Origin: an uncultured Phycisphaeraceae bacterium
GTDB taxonomy: Bacteria; Planctomycetota; Phycisphaerae; UBA1845
Assembly (NCBI GenBank): GCA_964574815.1
Contig: CAZNPL010000003.1
Span: 37,747-101,746 of the forward strand
Length of the DNA stretch: 64,000 nucleotides
Direction of reading: 5' to 3'
Positions 1 through 12,600 of the stretch are shown here, piece by piece; position 1 is the stretch's first letter; every line of letters begins with the position of its first letter. Position numbers and translations under genes: made by a program. The notes beneath the pieces are model-generated. The model saw only the letters and a program-made list of their open reading frames with translations. It did no database searches and was not told where the DNA came from.

Positions 1-2
1 AG

Positions 3-1385
3 GTTCGGCGGCTGCGGCGCACGGGATTGGAGCTACTACTGAGCGATCACACGGGCGATTGCGCCGCGCCGTGCGAGACTACTTGTCCCGCGCGAATGGA
101 CATTCCGCTGATGCTTCGTGAGGTGCAGTCGGGCGATGTGCGAGCGGCCATCGCGACGATCAAGAAGGAGATCGCGCTACCCGCGATCCTTGGGCGGGTT
201 TGTCCGGAGATCTGCGAAAAGGGTTGCCGGCTCGCGGAAGAGGGCAGCCCGGCGGCGATCTGCCAGATCAAGCGGGCCATTGCGGACGCGGACCTTGCGA
301 GCGGATCGCCGTATCTGCCGCCGTGCGAGGCGGACACGGGCAAGTCGGTGGCCATCATCGGCGCCGGGCCGGCCGGGCTCTCGGCCGCATTCCGCCTGCG
401 TCAGTACGGTCACGAGTGCACGCTCTTTGATCGGCAGGCCAAGCCCGGCGGAACGCTTCGGCATGACCCTGCTGCGCTCGGCGTCGAGGGACTCTTGCCT
501 GAAGACATTCTCGACGGAGAGATTGACGTTATAGCCAGGCTTGGCGCGGCATTCCGGATGGACGTTGAGGTCGGTCGCGACGTGTCGCTGGATCAACTGC
601 GCGAAACGTTCAACGCCGTGCTGGTGGCGTCCGGTCCTATGACTGGAAGCGAGACGGCGTTTCTCGGTCTGCCTGTGGTCCGTCGGCGAATTCAGGCGGA
701 TCGGCGAACGCACCGCACGGAGTATGAGGACGTATTTGCGGCCGGCGACGCGGTACGGCCCGGCAACCTGGTTGTGCGGGCGGTCGCGGACGGGAAGGCC
801 GCGGCCCGCTGCATCCACCAGTTTCTCAGCGATCAGGAGGTGGTCGGAGAGCCGCAGGCGTACACATTTCGCTCTGGGCTGACCGGTTACGTTGATGAAG
901 AGTCGGGAAGTGGGGAGGTGATCGCCATCCGCCGGCCTCGCGTTCCGACGCCGTCGGATCCGTCGGCCTCGCTGGCGCTGGAGCAGTGCAGATCGGAGGC
1001 CTCCCGGTGCCTTCAATGCGACTGTTCCGCCCGATCGGTGTGCAAGCTGCGGTACTATAGCGAGCAATATCGGGCCGTTGCGCATCGTTTCCGGGGGGAG
1101 CGGCATCAACTGCAGCGCCGCGTGCACGGCAAGCATGTCATCTTTGAGCCGGGCAAGTGCATTCTTTGCGGTCTGTGTATTCGCATCGCGGAGGAGGCGC
1201 GTGAGCCGTTGGGTTTGACGTTCATCGGCCGGGGATTCGACGTTCGTGTGGGCGTCCCGCTGGACCGGTCGCTGAACGAGGCGCTGAAGAACTCCGCTCG
1301 CGAATGTGCGGAGGCATGCCCGACGGGGGCGTTGACGTATCAACCTGAGGGGATGGGGGTGAAGCGTCCGGGCGGTTGGATGTAG
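3..1385 (+). CDS. GltD-like NAD(P)H-dependent FAD oxidoreductase with C-terminal ferredoxin-like Fe-S domain (5' partial)
   Basis: This frame has no stop between the window edge and position 27, so the gene is probably truncated by the window. N-terminal Cys clusters DCAAPCETTCP and CPEICEKGC match the glutamate synthase small-subunit family. A dinucleotide-binding motif GAGPAGLSAA sits near nt 360 and FAAGD lies later. C-terminal Cys motifs are CLQCDC, CILCGLC and CAEACPTGAL. Confidence 0.7.
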   Translation, partial: VRRLRRTGLELLLSDHTGDCAAPCETTCPARMDIPLMLREVQSGDVRAAIATIKKEIALPAILGRVCPEICEKGCRLAEEGSPAAICQIKRAIADADLASGSPYLPPCEADTGKSVAIIGAGPAGLSAAFRLRQYGHECTLFDRQAKPGGTLRHDPAALGVEGLLPEDILDGEIDVIARLGAAFRMDVEVGRDVSLDQLRETFNAVLVASGPMTGSETAFLGLPVVRRRIQADRRTHRTEYEDVFAAGDAVRPGNLVVRAVADGKAAARCIHQFLSDQEVVGEPQAYTFRSGLTGYVDEESGSGEVIAIRRPRVPTPSDPSASLALEQCRSEASRCLQCDCSARSVCKLRYYSEQYRAVAHRFRGERHQLQRRVHGKHVIFEPGKCILCGLCIRIAEEAREPLGLTFIGRGFDVRVGVPLDRSLNEALKNSARECAEACPTGALTYQPEGMGVKRPGGWM

Positions 1386-1398
1386 AACCTATGGCCCC

Positions 1399-1521
1399 GC
1401 CGAGCGGAAAGACCGCAGGGGCAAGCTCCGCCGCTGGTGGCGGTTCCGCGTGCCCATGGCGCCCTCACTGGAGACCTACGATGCCGCCAGTGGCACCCAT
1501 CAGCGGTTTCAAGCCAGGCTC
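1399..1521 (+). repeat. REP-like palindromic intergenic element, copy A (long form)
   Basis: Core GGGGCAAGCTCCGCCGCTGGTGGCGGTTCCGCGTGCCCATGGC forms a nested hairpin. The flanks (GAGCGGAA..., ...ATGCCGCCAGTGGCACCCATCA) align by eye at roughly three-quarters identity with copy B at 20008-20130. It lies between the convergent 3' ends of two genes. Confidence 0.65.
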
Positions 1522-1590
1522 TGAACGTCACGTCGTCGTTGCGGGTGGGCGGCGCTTTGGTTACGGGGTTTCGTCGGGCTGGTCGCTGGG

Positions 1591-3063
1591 CTATTCAGTG
1601 GTTTCGTCGTCGATGTAACCCAGGCTTTTGAGGGCGCGCAAGGCTCGAGGGTCCTGGGGAGCGCCACCGGCCGGAAACGGCCTGGTGCGGAACGGGTCGA
1701 GTTTCTCCAGAAAGCCGAGCAGGCGCTCCGCTTGCGCGTGGTCGCGGGTGAAGAGGTTCTTTTTTTCTTGTGGATCGTCGATGAGGTTATACAATTCGCT
1801 GTCTTCGGGATGGTCCAGCCGCCAAATCAGTTTCCATATACCGTCGGTTGCGCAGTAGAGATTACCGGCTTTGGGCCGCCATCGCAGGATGCGCGAGTTC
1901 AGATCGAACTTGTTCAGCGCGTCGGCGTACGCTAAGCGCGGCGTATCCTCGCGGCCGTGAACGAGGCGTGCCAGCGAGCGTCCGGTGACTTTGGGTGTAT
2001 CAGGAAGTTCCAGAGCTTCGACGATCGTCGGGTAGATATCGATGGTCCGGACCATCTTGCTGATTTTCCTGCCGGTGGACCAGCCGGGAACGCGAAGGAT
2101 GAAGGGAACGTGTATTTGCTCTTCGTACAGGATCGTGTGGAACCACCAGCCGTGTTCGCCGAGTCCCTCGCCGTGGTCTCCTACGACGACGACGATGGTT
2201 TTCTTGTATTGGCCCAGTTCTTTGAGCTTTTTGATGAGCCTTCCGAAGTGGTGATCGACGAAAGCCACCTCAGCTTCGTACACGGCCCTCTGGACCTCGT
2301 TTGCCCGAGGTGGTACGTCTTGCAGAAACGGTCTGACGAATTCTCTCGGGGGCTGTGTTGAGGGCACGCGCGGATCGAAGTCATGGGGGTCCCAATAGTG
2401 GACCCATAGGAAGAACGGTTGATCCGGGGATAAGCCGTCCAGCCATTCAACCGCTCGATCCGTTGTACGGCCTGATCGTCTTTGATGGGCCGAGACGGAC
2501 CACATGTAGTGGCCGTCCGATTCTCTGCGTAGCACATTCTCGCCGTCTTCAGCCAGTCCGTTGTCGAACGTCTGAAAGGCCCGGTCGAAGCCGAAGAACT
2601 CCGAAACGGTGAATGAACTGAGGAAGGCGGCCGTGTTCCAGCCAGCGGCCCTGAGCGTGGCCGGCAGGTACGGGACGTCGTCGTCGAGTCGATAACCGGA
2701 TCGGGCATAGATGACTCGCAAGCCATGCTGGAAGGGATACAGGCCGGTGAAGATCGACGCGTGGGACTGCGGTGTGGCACCCGAGGCGGATTTGCAGTTC
2801 AAGAACTGCACGGCGTCCGCGGCGAAGGCGTCGAGATTGGGTGTTTGGCCGAGGTCCACCGGTTTATAGCAGCCGAGATGGTCGGCGCGGGTGGTATCCA
2901 GGGTCACGAAGAGTACGTTATAGCCCTTTCCGATGCAGGGGCTTCCGGATCGCTCGCAGCCGAGCGGAGCGCTCGCGGCCACGGCCGATAATGCAACCAG
3001 CAGCGCGGCTCGGATCATCCTTCGGCGATCGATTCCGTAGTCGGGCACCATTCGGTTGTTCAT
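1591..3063 (-). CDS. Sulfatase/alkaline-phosphatase superfamily hydrolase or transferase, secreted
   Basis: Family motifs LFVTLDTTRADHLGCY and VVGDHGEGLGEHGWW are present. The nucleophile loop reads ATPQSHASIFTG, with Thr where type I sulfatases have Cys/Ser and His where they have Arg, so it is more LtaS/EptA-like than a formylglycine sulfatase. A signal-like segment MIRAALLVALSAVAASAPLGC is present. Start is set at ATG 3063 (alternative 3018). The ORF-track extension to 3201 is Arg/Pro-rich and probably not coding. Confidence 0.75.
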   Translation of the reverse strand: MNNRMVPDYGIDRRRMIRAALLVALSAVAASAPLGCERSGSPCIGKGYNVLFVTLDTTRADHLGCYKPVDLGQTPNLDAFAADAVQFLNCKSASGATPQSHASIFTGLYPFQHGLRVIYARSGYRLDDDVPYLPATLRAAGWNTAAFLSSFTVSEFFGFDRAFQTFDNGLAEDGENVLRRESDGHYMWSVSAHQRRSGRTTDRAVEWLDGLSPDQPFFLWVHYWDPHDFDPRVPSTQPPREFVRPFLQDVPPRANEVQRAVYEAEVAFVDHHFGRLIKKLKELGQYKKTIVVVVGDHGEGLGEHGWWFHTILYEEQIHVPFILRVPGWSTGRKISKMVRTIDIYPTIVEALELPDTPKVTGRSLARLVHGREDTPRLAYADALNKFDLNSRILRWRPKAGNLYCATDGIWKLIWRLDHPEDSELYNLIDDPQEKKNLFTRDHAQAERLLGFLEKLDPFRTRPFPAGGAPQDPRALRALKSLGYIDDETTE

Positions 3064-3461
3064 GCGGCGGGCGCGCAACACTTCGTGTTTCCTCTGGCTT
3101 TTCCGGCCGGTGGAACGGCCGGGGGTGACCATGCGTGGCGTCAAACGGTGCGGATGGTTTTTCGGGAACTCGTTTCGCTGTCCGGTGATTGACCCCCACA
3201 CGTTTCCACCCTAGCCCGTCGGGCGGCCTGATTCAAGGTCGACCAAAACGTGCACGGGTTTGCCACTGGTTGACGGATCTCGGGACAGTCCAGTGCTTCT
3301 GGGGCGGCGCTGACCGCGGAAGCACGTTTTCGGGCGACGACAGGCTCGTTGTTTCTCACCGCCCCGGTGCGATAACGAGCGTCGGGGCAGGCGGCGAAGG
3401 TCCGTCGACCGCAAAGTCGAAAACCGGGTTCGGATTACGTGATGTGTCTGAAGGTTATCCC

Positions 3462-3470
3462 TGGTATAAT
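3462..3470 (+). promoter_or_regulatory. Extended -10 promoter element TGGTATAAT upstream of the giant gene
   Basis: This is the only AT-rich patch in the ~500 bp non-coding region 3202-3698. It matches TGnTATAAT perfectly, with TATAAT at 3465-3470. No good -35 is present. It would give a ~230-nt leader. Confidence 0.4.
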
Positions 3471-3698
3471 TGATGTTTTGAACTACAACGTCTCGTAGGA
3501 GCGGCCAACGTCTTCGCTCGCGTGCACCGCTGGCGCGTATCGAGCTCGGGCGTCGAGCCACGACGCGACGGAGGGGAGTTCAGTGCGGTCGCCGCCGGTA
3601 TCTGCGCGTACCCTTGAGTACTCGCGGGACAGCCATCCCGGCAGCCGTCGACCGTTCACCTGCGCTGGGTTCCTCTCGACAGACTCCGGAGGTGCACG

Positions 3699-6600
3699 AT
3701 GGGAAAGCAACGCTTCACGATTCTGCTCACTGCAGCGATTGCGGCACTAGGGCTCGGCAGGGTGCGGGCTCAGGTCGATTCGTCGGAACCTGCGCTGCCA
3801 ATGCTGCAAGCATCCGTTCTGCCGCAAGCGCTTGCCGCCGAGACGCGCGCAGTGGCCCTGCCGGCGCGGAGCATGGACCTCAGCAACATCGGAGTCGAAC
3901 TGTGGAGCGCAAGCCACGGTGTCGCCGGTAACGATACGGCTTATGGCGCCGCCGTCGACGCCCAGGGTCGCGTCCTCGTCGCCGGGTTCGTCAAGGGCGC
4001 CGCGACGAACGATACGGACGCTTATGCAATCAAGTACAACGAGTCGGGCGGAGTCGACTGGTTCGCGCAACGAAACAGCGGCGTCGCCGATAACAGCGAG
4101 ACGTACGAGGACGTGTGCGTTGACAGCGGGAGCAACGTCATTCTGGTGGGGAGGCTGTCGGGCATTTACCCGCCATGGAACGTTGCGGGACTGGTGCAGA
4201 AGTACACGCCCGACGGCACGTTAATCTGGGAACGGCTTTTCGACGGTTACGCTTGGACTGTCAACCACGGCTGCGCGGTGGACGCGAATGACAACATCTA
4301 CGTCGCCGGCCGCGCTTTTCGGGCGTGGAACACGAACGAGACCGACTGGATGGTCCTCAAGTACGACACTGACGGCAATCTCCAGGTCGGTTTCCCATGG
4401 TATTACAACTACTCGCATCAGCATGAGTTTCCCGATGTGGCCTACAGCCTCGACGTCGACGCTGCGGGGAACGTTGTCGTGGCCGGCGTTATCGGAAGAT
4501 TAACAAGCGATCACACCTGGCACGTGCGCAAGTATGCTTCCGACGGCTCGCTGATCTGGCAGGACAGCTACGACGGCGACGCGGGGCTGCGCGATTATGC
4601 CTACGACGTGACGTTTGATTCCAACGGCGACGTCATCGCGACCGGCTGGACTAACAAGGGTACCGACAACGGAGAGAACGCCGATTACGACTGGCTCACA
4701 ATCAAATACAGCGCCGACGGCGACGCCGGCGCGGCCGTGCGCCTCTGGACCGAAACGTACGAAAGCGCCGCCGCGCGGAGCGAGACGAGCGCGGCCGTCG
4801 TCGTCGACGGCTACGGCCACGTTGTGGTCGGCGGCTACGAACAAGGACCGGATCTGGTCAATCGCTGGCGGATTCAGCGGATGAACAGCGTTGACGGAGG
4901 ACTCCTGGCGGAACACACCTGGGATACCTATCCCCCCAGTGGCGTGCTCGGGCTCGGGTTTCGCGACGGCCTGCTGGCCGTGACGGGATACACCGGCGTC
5001 TACCCCGAGCGTGACTACCACACCGCGCTGATCCAGACGACGTGGGACCCGGCGATCCACGACTGCAACGAGAACGGCATTCCCGACGGAACAGATATCG
5101 CCGACGGAACCAGCCTCGACTGCAACGCCAACGGCATCCCTGACGAGTGTGATATAGCCGACGTAGGGGCCGGTTTCGAAGGCATCGCGGGGTGGTCCGC
5201 GTTCGATGCCGGAGCCGCCGGGCTGGCGTCGGGGCTGGATGCATTTGTCGGCGGCGTGTTCGACGGCCGGTACGTCTACTTCGTGCCGCACAACAACGAC
5301 GGCGGCAGCAACGACAAGGTGATGCGTTACGACACGACCGCTCCCTTCGATTCTCTTAGCTCCTGGTCGGCTTTTGACAATGCCGCTCAGGGCGCAGGGG
5401 CTGCCGGCGGTTATCTCGGCGGCGTTTTCGACGGCCGTTATGTCTATTTCGTGCCGTACATGAACGGCACCCAGCGCCACGGTGAAGTACTTCGTTACGA
5501 TACCGCGGCGTCGTTCAGCGACAGTGCGTCCTGGACGGTCTACGACCCGGGCGCGCACGGTGTCGGCGTGGATGCGGACGGCTATTCCCGCGCGATCTTC
5601 GACGGTCGCTACGTGTACTTCGCACCGGCGGACAACGGCACGGAGGCGCATGGCGAGGTTCTGCGGCTCGACACGGCCGGCGCTTTCACCGAGGCGACTT
5701 CCTGGGCCACTTTCGATCCGGGGGCCAATGGAGTAGGGACGGACCCGGACGGATACTGCGGCGGTGTGTTCGACGGGAGGTACGTTTATTTCTCACCGAC
5801 TTACAATGGGACGATCACGCACGGCGAGGTATTGAGATACGACACGACAGGCGACTTTGGTGACGCCGCCTCCTGGGTGGCTTTTGACGCCGGAGCCGGC
5901 GGGGTCGGCGTCAACCCGGCGGGCTATTACGAGGCCGTGTTTGACGGCCGGTTCGTTTATTTCATACCCTACTACAACGGCGTCGCCGCTCACGGCGAGT
6001 TCCTCCGCTACGACACGACCGGCGACTTTTCGTCGGCCGCTTCATGGTCCACCTTCAACCCCGCGGACGCTGGGCTGGAGGACAACCCGGTCGGTTATAT
6101 TGGCGGAGCGTACGACGGTCGGTTCGTCTACTTCGCGCCGTATTCGCGCGGCAATTATGACTATCACGGCGAAGTGCTCCGTTACGATCCGCAGGGGCCG
6201 TTCGACGATCTCTCGTCGTGGGCGTCATACGACCCCGGTACGCACGGCGTCGGGGTAAGCGCTCGCGGTTATCAGGGGGCTGTTTTTGACGGCCGACATA
6301 TCTACTTCGTCCCCTTCCGCTACCAGCAGGGTCCTCCGGCGGGCCACGGCGAAGTGCTGCGATACGACACGTTCGCGGGTTGGTCGCAGGACTGCAACGG
6401 CAACGGCGTTCCCGACGAGTGCGACGTCACCGACGGCACGAGTCCGGACTGCAACCTGAACGGGACACCTGACGAGTGCGAGGTTCCGCCGATCGGCGAC
6501 GGGGTCGATTGCCAGGCCGACGGCGTGCCCGACGAATGCCAGTTGGCGGGCAATGACTGCAATACCAACGCGGTTCCGGATGAGTGCGACATCTCGGACG

Positions 6601-9600
6601 GGACCAGCGAGGATTGCCAGCCGAATGACGTTCCCGACGAGTGCGATCTCGATGACGGGACGAGTCTGGACTGCCAGCCGAACGACGTGCCGGATGAATG
6701 CGACATCGACCAGGGGACCAGTGACGACGTCAACACCGACGGCGTGCCGGACGAATGCCAGGTGGTCTTCGACTGCAACGGGAACGGGATCGAGGACGTG
6801 GACGACATCGCGGCGGGGACCAGCCAGGACTGTAACGGCAACGAGATCCCGGATGAGTGCGAGACCGTCACCACTTTGATCGACCTGGATTTCAACAGCG
6901 GCGTGGACAGCCTTGGGAACAGCCAGGGCGAACTACTCTTCTACGGGGGCTGTGGACTGGAAGTCGTGTTCACCGACGACGACTCCGACGGCTCGCACGG
7001 GCAGGCCGACGGCGTCCACATCAACAACGTCGGTTACGGCAACATCAAGGCCGGCACGGACGACCTTGTGATCGGCGCCTACAACAACTTCTACCAGTCC
7101 TACAACTATCACAGCAGCGGCATTGTGGCGCGCTTTAACCGCGGCGTGCATCTGGTTCGATTGGACGACACGGACGACGACACAACGCTCAAGACGCTGT
7201 TCGCGTTTGACGAGAACGGCACGCTGATCGGCCAGACTTCGCCGGGTTCGCAGCAGACCTTCCAGATTGACACCAACATGACGGGCGGGAAGTTCATCTA
7301 TTCTGTCGAGTTCGACAGCGCGGCCGGCACGGCCGGCGGGGCGTCGGACGGCATCGTCTTCACCATCGACAACTTTCACGTCGAGTCGTACACGTTCGTT
7401 CCCGACCGCGTGCTGATGATCAACGTGCATGGCACCAGCTACGACGCCGACGGCTACAGCATTTACACGACTCTGGTTGAGGCCGGGGCCGAGGCACACT
7501 ATGTGAATCTGTCGTCCGGCGGCCAGGCGGCGACGCTCATTCAACAGCACGACTACGACCAGATCTGGGTGTTCGATCTTTCCGGCGGCGCCGACAACTA
7601 TCCGACCGACTGGCAGGCCATCGCCGACTGGTTCGCCGCCGACTCGTCACGGGCGATCGTGTGCGACGGCCGGATGATCTCTTCTTACTGGAATGGGCGC
7701 TGGCAGACCGAAGGGCAGATGCTTACGGAGAATTATTACGAGAACATTCAGGCGGCGGGCGGTGGGCTCGTTCTGGGGACCGATCACAACAACTTCCAAT
7801 CGGGGATCAACACGATCAACAACCTCATCGGGATCGAGCCGTTCTTCGGTAACTTCTCTCTGACAATGATCCCCGTCGATGTCACCAACCCCCTGATGAA
7901 CACGCCGAATGATCTCGGACCAGAGCTTTGGGACGATTCTTCGCCGGGGCAGACGCCGTACGGCCTGCAGCCCAACGGGCGGATTCTCTACAGTGTTGCG
8001 TGGCATTCGGGGAACCCTGACACGCCCGGCATCTCGGCGACGATCGAGGGGGAGATCGGCTTCCATGTGCAGATTACTTCGCCGGCGGACAACGCCGAGT
8101 TCATTGCCGGGCAGCCCGTGGCGTTCGCGGCCGCGCCCGACGGCGGCGACCCGCCTTATACCTACGAATGGAGTTCGGACCTGGACGGCGTGTTGGGTGC
8201 GGGAGAGACACTCGAGGTCAATACGCTGTCGGCAGGCACTCATGAGATCATGGTTCTCGCCCAGGACGCTCAAAGTCGCGAGGACTTCGACACGATTCAC
8301 GTCAATATTCTGCCCAAGTCCGATCTGACCGTTTCGGCCTGCGATGCGCAGGCCAGCGTCGATGCGGGAGGACAGCTCGACGTCACCTGGACGGTGACGA
8401 ACATCGGCGGGGTGGAGGTCGCGGGTTCGTGGACCGACGTCGTCTATCTCTCCGAGGACGAATTCCTGGGCGATGACATTGAACTAGGTCGCTTTACGCA
8501 AGCCGGTCCGCTGCCGGCCGGCGAGTCGTACAGCCCGAGCGAGTCGATGACGGTCCCCGGTGACCTGGCCGGCGATCACAGCATCTTCGTCGTCACCGAT
8601 CTCTACGACGAGGTCGAAGAGCCGTGGGCCGAGGACAACAACAGCCGATTGTGCGGCGTGACGACCGTAAACGACACCATGCCGCCGGATACAACCATCA
8701 CGGGCGGGCCGGGAGATGGTGCGTACATCAATGAAACCCAGGCAACGTATGGGTGGACCGGCTCGGACAACGAAACGGGGGTCTCGCAACTGTTCTTTGC
8801 CGCGTGCCTGGCGCCGCAGTTGGTCGGCTGCGATCCGGCGGCCGGTCCGTTTTTGCCTGATACGACAAACGCGTTCACAGCCCTGACTGAAGAGGACAGC
8901 CCGTATGTGTTCAACGTTGCCGCCCGCGACGAGGCGGGCAATGTTGATCCGACCCCAGCCTCACGAGTGTTGAACGTGGATCTCACGCCGGTCTGGGTGG
9001 TGGGGCACACGCCCGAGGGGGTTGTCAACGAGCGCGTTTGCTCGGTCGACGTTACGTTCAGTGAGGAGGCGTTTGGATTCGAGCGTGACGACGTGGCGAT
9101 GACCGGCCCGGCAGGTGACGTCTGGATCACGGAGGTTGTGCCGGTTGGATCGCTGGTACATCAGATCCGGTTCGCCTGCCAGTCCGAAGGTGGTGGGTAT
9201 CAATTCACCATCGGCACCGGCATCCAGGATCGGGCGGGGAACCCGTTACAGGAAGCGTATAACGGCGGTTTCTCCATTGCGATGCCGGACCTCAAGCCGA
9301 CGGCCCTGACGGTTGAGGCTGCGGTTCAGTCCGGTGAGCAGATCGAGGTGCGCTGGACCGTGACCAACAACGGCACGATCGCCGCCGCGGGCACGTGGAA
9401 GGACCGCATCTACCTTTCGGGCGATGATGTCTGGGGCGGCGACACTTTGTTGGGCGAGTTCAACGTCAGCGGCCCGCTGGCCGACGGCACGAGTTACGAT
9501 CTTATCAACCGCGTGACCATTCCGCCGTTGCTCGAGGGAGATTACTGGATCATTGTGGTTACCGATGCGCGCGACGCAATGGTCGAGTTCCTCGAGAACG

Positions 9601-12600
9601 ATGACAACCGGCTTGTCAGCGATGTGCCCGTCGCCGTGTCGCTGCCGCCGTTCCCGGATTTGCAGGTTACGGAGTTGACGGGCCCGGTGACCGCGTGGCC
9701 CGGGCAGCGCGTGGCGGTGTGCTGGACGGTGACCAATACGGGCAGCGGGGCCACGGAGGTGCCCTTCTGGAAGGACCACCTGTTTCTTTCGTCGGATCAG
9801 TCGATCGGCGGTGACTGGCTGCTCGGACGATTCGACAACCCGTCGAGCCTGGGGGCCGGCGAGAGCTATCAGCAGTGCCCGACGGTGACGATTCCCGGCG
9901 GAGCACTGGGTTGCTACTACTTCCTCCTCCGCACCGACGCCTATAACCAGGTTTTCGAGTACCGCAGCGACATCGACGCCGAGGCCAACAATGATGCGGG
10001 GTCCGATCCGTGCGTGGACGTCGTGCTGCCGCCGCCGTCTGATCTTCAGGTCACGCAGGTTAACGCGCCCAACAGCGCGTGGTCAGGCGAGACGATCACC
10101 GTCGATTTCCAGGTGATCAACGCCGGAGACTCGCCCACGCCCGTCACTTTCTGGCAGGACTCGGCGTACCTCTCCGAGGATGAGACGCTGGATCCGGCCG
10201 ACCTTCGGCTGTGCACCGTTTCCCACAGCGGCGGGCTCATTCCGGACGGCACGTACGATGTCTCCCATGTCTGCGCCTTACCGAGATGGATGTCGGGCAC
10301 ATTCTACGTGTTCGTTCGGACTGACAGTTCCGGGCACGTCGGTGAGCAGGGATTCGAGGATAACAACGATGCGTACGACGCGACGGCTCTGACGATCAAC
10401 CTGACGCCGCCGCCCGATCTGGAGGTCATCTCGCTTTCCGTCGTGCAGGCCGGTGCTGCTCCGCCGACGGCGCAGGTCGACTGGACGGTGACGAATTACG
10501 GCGGTTCACCGACGGACGCGGCGAGCTGGAGCGACGCCGTCTATCTTTCGGTGGACGATTCCTTCGAGACAACAGGCGACAACACGCTGGTGGGCGGGCC
10601 TTATACGCACTCCGGAGCGCTCGAGCCCGATCAATCCTATGATATGTCGAAGGTGGTTTCGCTGCCCACTTGTGCGGATCAGGACTATTACGTCTTCGTG
10701 GTGACCGACGTCGGCAACAGTGTTGCGGAGTTTTTCCCCGATTACGAGCAGAACAACGACGATGCGTATCAGTTGCTCTCGGTCGTCACGGAAGAGCCGG
10801 ATCTCGAAGTGACGAACGTTTCGGCGCCTGCGTCTGCATCGTCGAGTGATCTGATTCCGATTTCCTGGGATGTGGGCAACACCGGCAGCGGTTCGACCCG
10901 GGCGTCGTCGTTCGTGGATGCCGTCTATCTGTCGAGCGATATGACCTGGGACGCCGGCGATCAGAAACTGGCCGACTTCGTGCATGAAGGATCGCTCGCC
11001 GCCCTCGATTCGTACAGTTCGGCGCACAACGTCGCACTGCCGCCCGGCTTGACCGGCGACTACCACGTGATTGTGGTGACGGACGCGACGGACGTCGTGG
11101 CCGAGTGCGGGTCCGAGGTCAACAACGTTGCGGTCACCGATACGCCGATCAGCATCGATCTGGCTGAAGCCGACCTGAACGTCATCCTGGTGATTCCGGA
11201 GCCGACGGCGCAGTCGAGTGAGCCGATGAACGTGCAGTGGGGGGTCGCCAACGGAGGAACCCGGCGGACGAATACGGCCTCGTGGACCGACGGCGTTTAT
11301 CTCTCGGCGGACCAGGTTATGGATTCGGGCGATCTGCACCTCGGCAACTTCGGCCACACGGGCTATCTGGACCCGGCGGATGACTATGGCCGATCGGCCG
11401 ACGTAGTCCTTCCGGCGGGGATCGAAGGCGATTACTTCGTCTTCGTCTGCACCGACGTACATGACGTGGTCTTTGAGGCTGGGCGCGAAGCTGATAACTG
11501 CGCGTCGGCGGCCGTTGCGACCAGCATCACGCATTACGAGCCCGACTTGATCGTCGAGGCCGTCGTCGCGGATGCGGCGGGACTGTCGGGCGAGCCGATC
11601 TCGGTGGAGTGGACGGTGCTCAACGCCGGCGATCGTTCGAGCGGTGCAACGGCGTGGACGGATGCGGTTTACCTTTCGCAAGACGGCAGTTTCGACCCGG
11701 CTGCCGACACCAAGGTGGCCGAGTTCGATCACGATGGGATCCTGCCGGCCGGTGAACGCTATTCCCGCGCCGAGTCGGTCGATCTCCCGCCCGCGCTGGT
11801 GGGAACGTGGCACGTTTTCGTGTGCACCGACGTGGGCGATGACGTGATCGAGCCGGGCAACGAAGGCAACAACTGCACGGACTCCGGCACGCCGCTCGAG
11901 GTGGGTGCGTTCGAGCCCGACCTCGATGCCTTCAACGTCTCGGGCGAGGCGTCGGGGCTGTCGGGGAGTCCCATCGAAGTGTCTTGGAGTGTGCGCAACG
12001 TCGGTGAGCGAGAGACTACGGAGGAGGCTTGGGTCGATCGGGTCTACCTTTCGACGAATCAGGTGCTGGACGGCGAGGACGATCTACTGGCCGAATTCGT
12101 GCATGAAGGCGCATTGGCCGTCGTGAACGAGTACCAGATGGTCAGGGAGGTCACGCTTTCGTCGGGCGGTGCCGGGCCTCGCTATATCATCGTCAAGACG
12201 GATGCCGTCGGCGATGTATTTGAGCTGGGCCGGGAAGGTAACAATGTGGCCGCGGCCCCGACGACGACGGATGTCATCTGCGTGGAGCCGGACCTGCGCG
12301 TGAGCGAGGTCTCGGCGCCACTGGTGGGGGATTCGGGCTGGCCCATTGACGTCTCCTGGACGGTGGTCAACGCGGGGAACCGGGCGACTCAGACCCGCTC
12401 GTGGCGGGACAGGGTGTACCTTTCGCAAGACCCCGATCTTGACACGGGTGCGGACCTGATGCTCGGGGAGTTCTCGTGGAACGACGGGCTGGGGGCGGCC
12501 GGCGGCGGCGACGATACCTATACGCGCGATATCAACGTTACGCTGCCGCACGCGCTCGACGGCGTCCATTATCTCTTTGTCATTACTGACTACTGGGATC

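Noticed and set aside
177-1343. A 388-aa minus-strand ORF.
   Set aside because: It is antisense to the GltD-like oxidoreductase gene, which has dinucleotide-binding and Fe-S motifs. Its product is Arg/Pro-rich.
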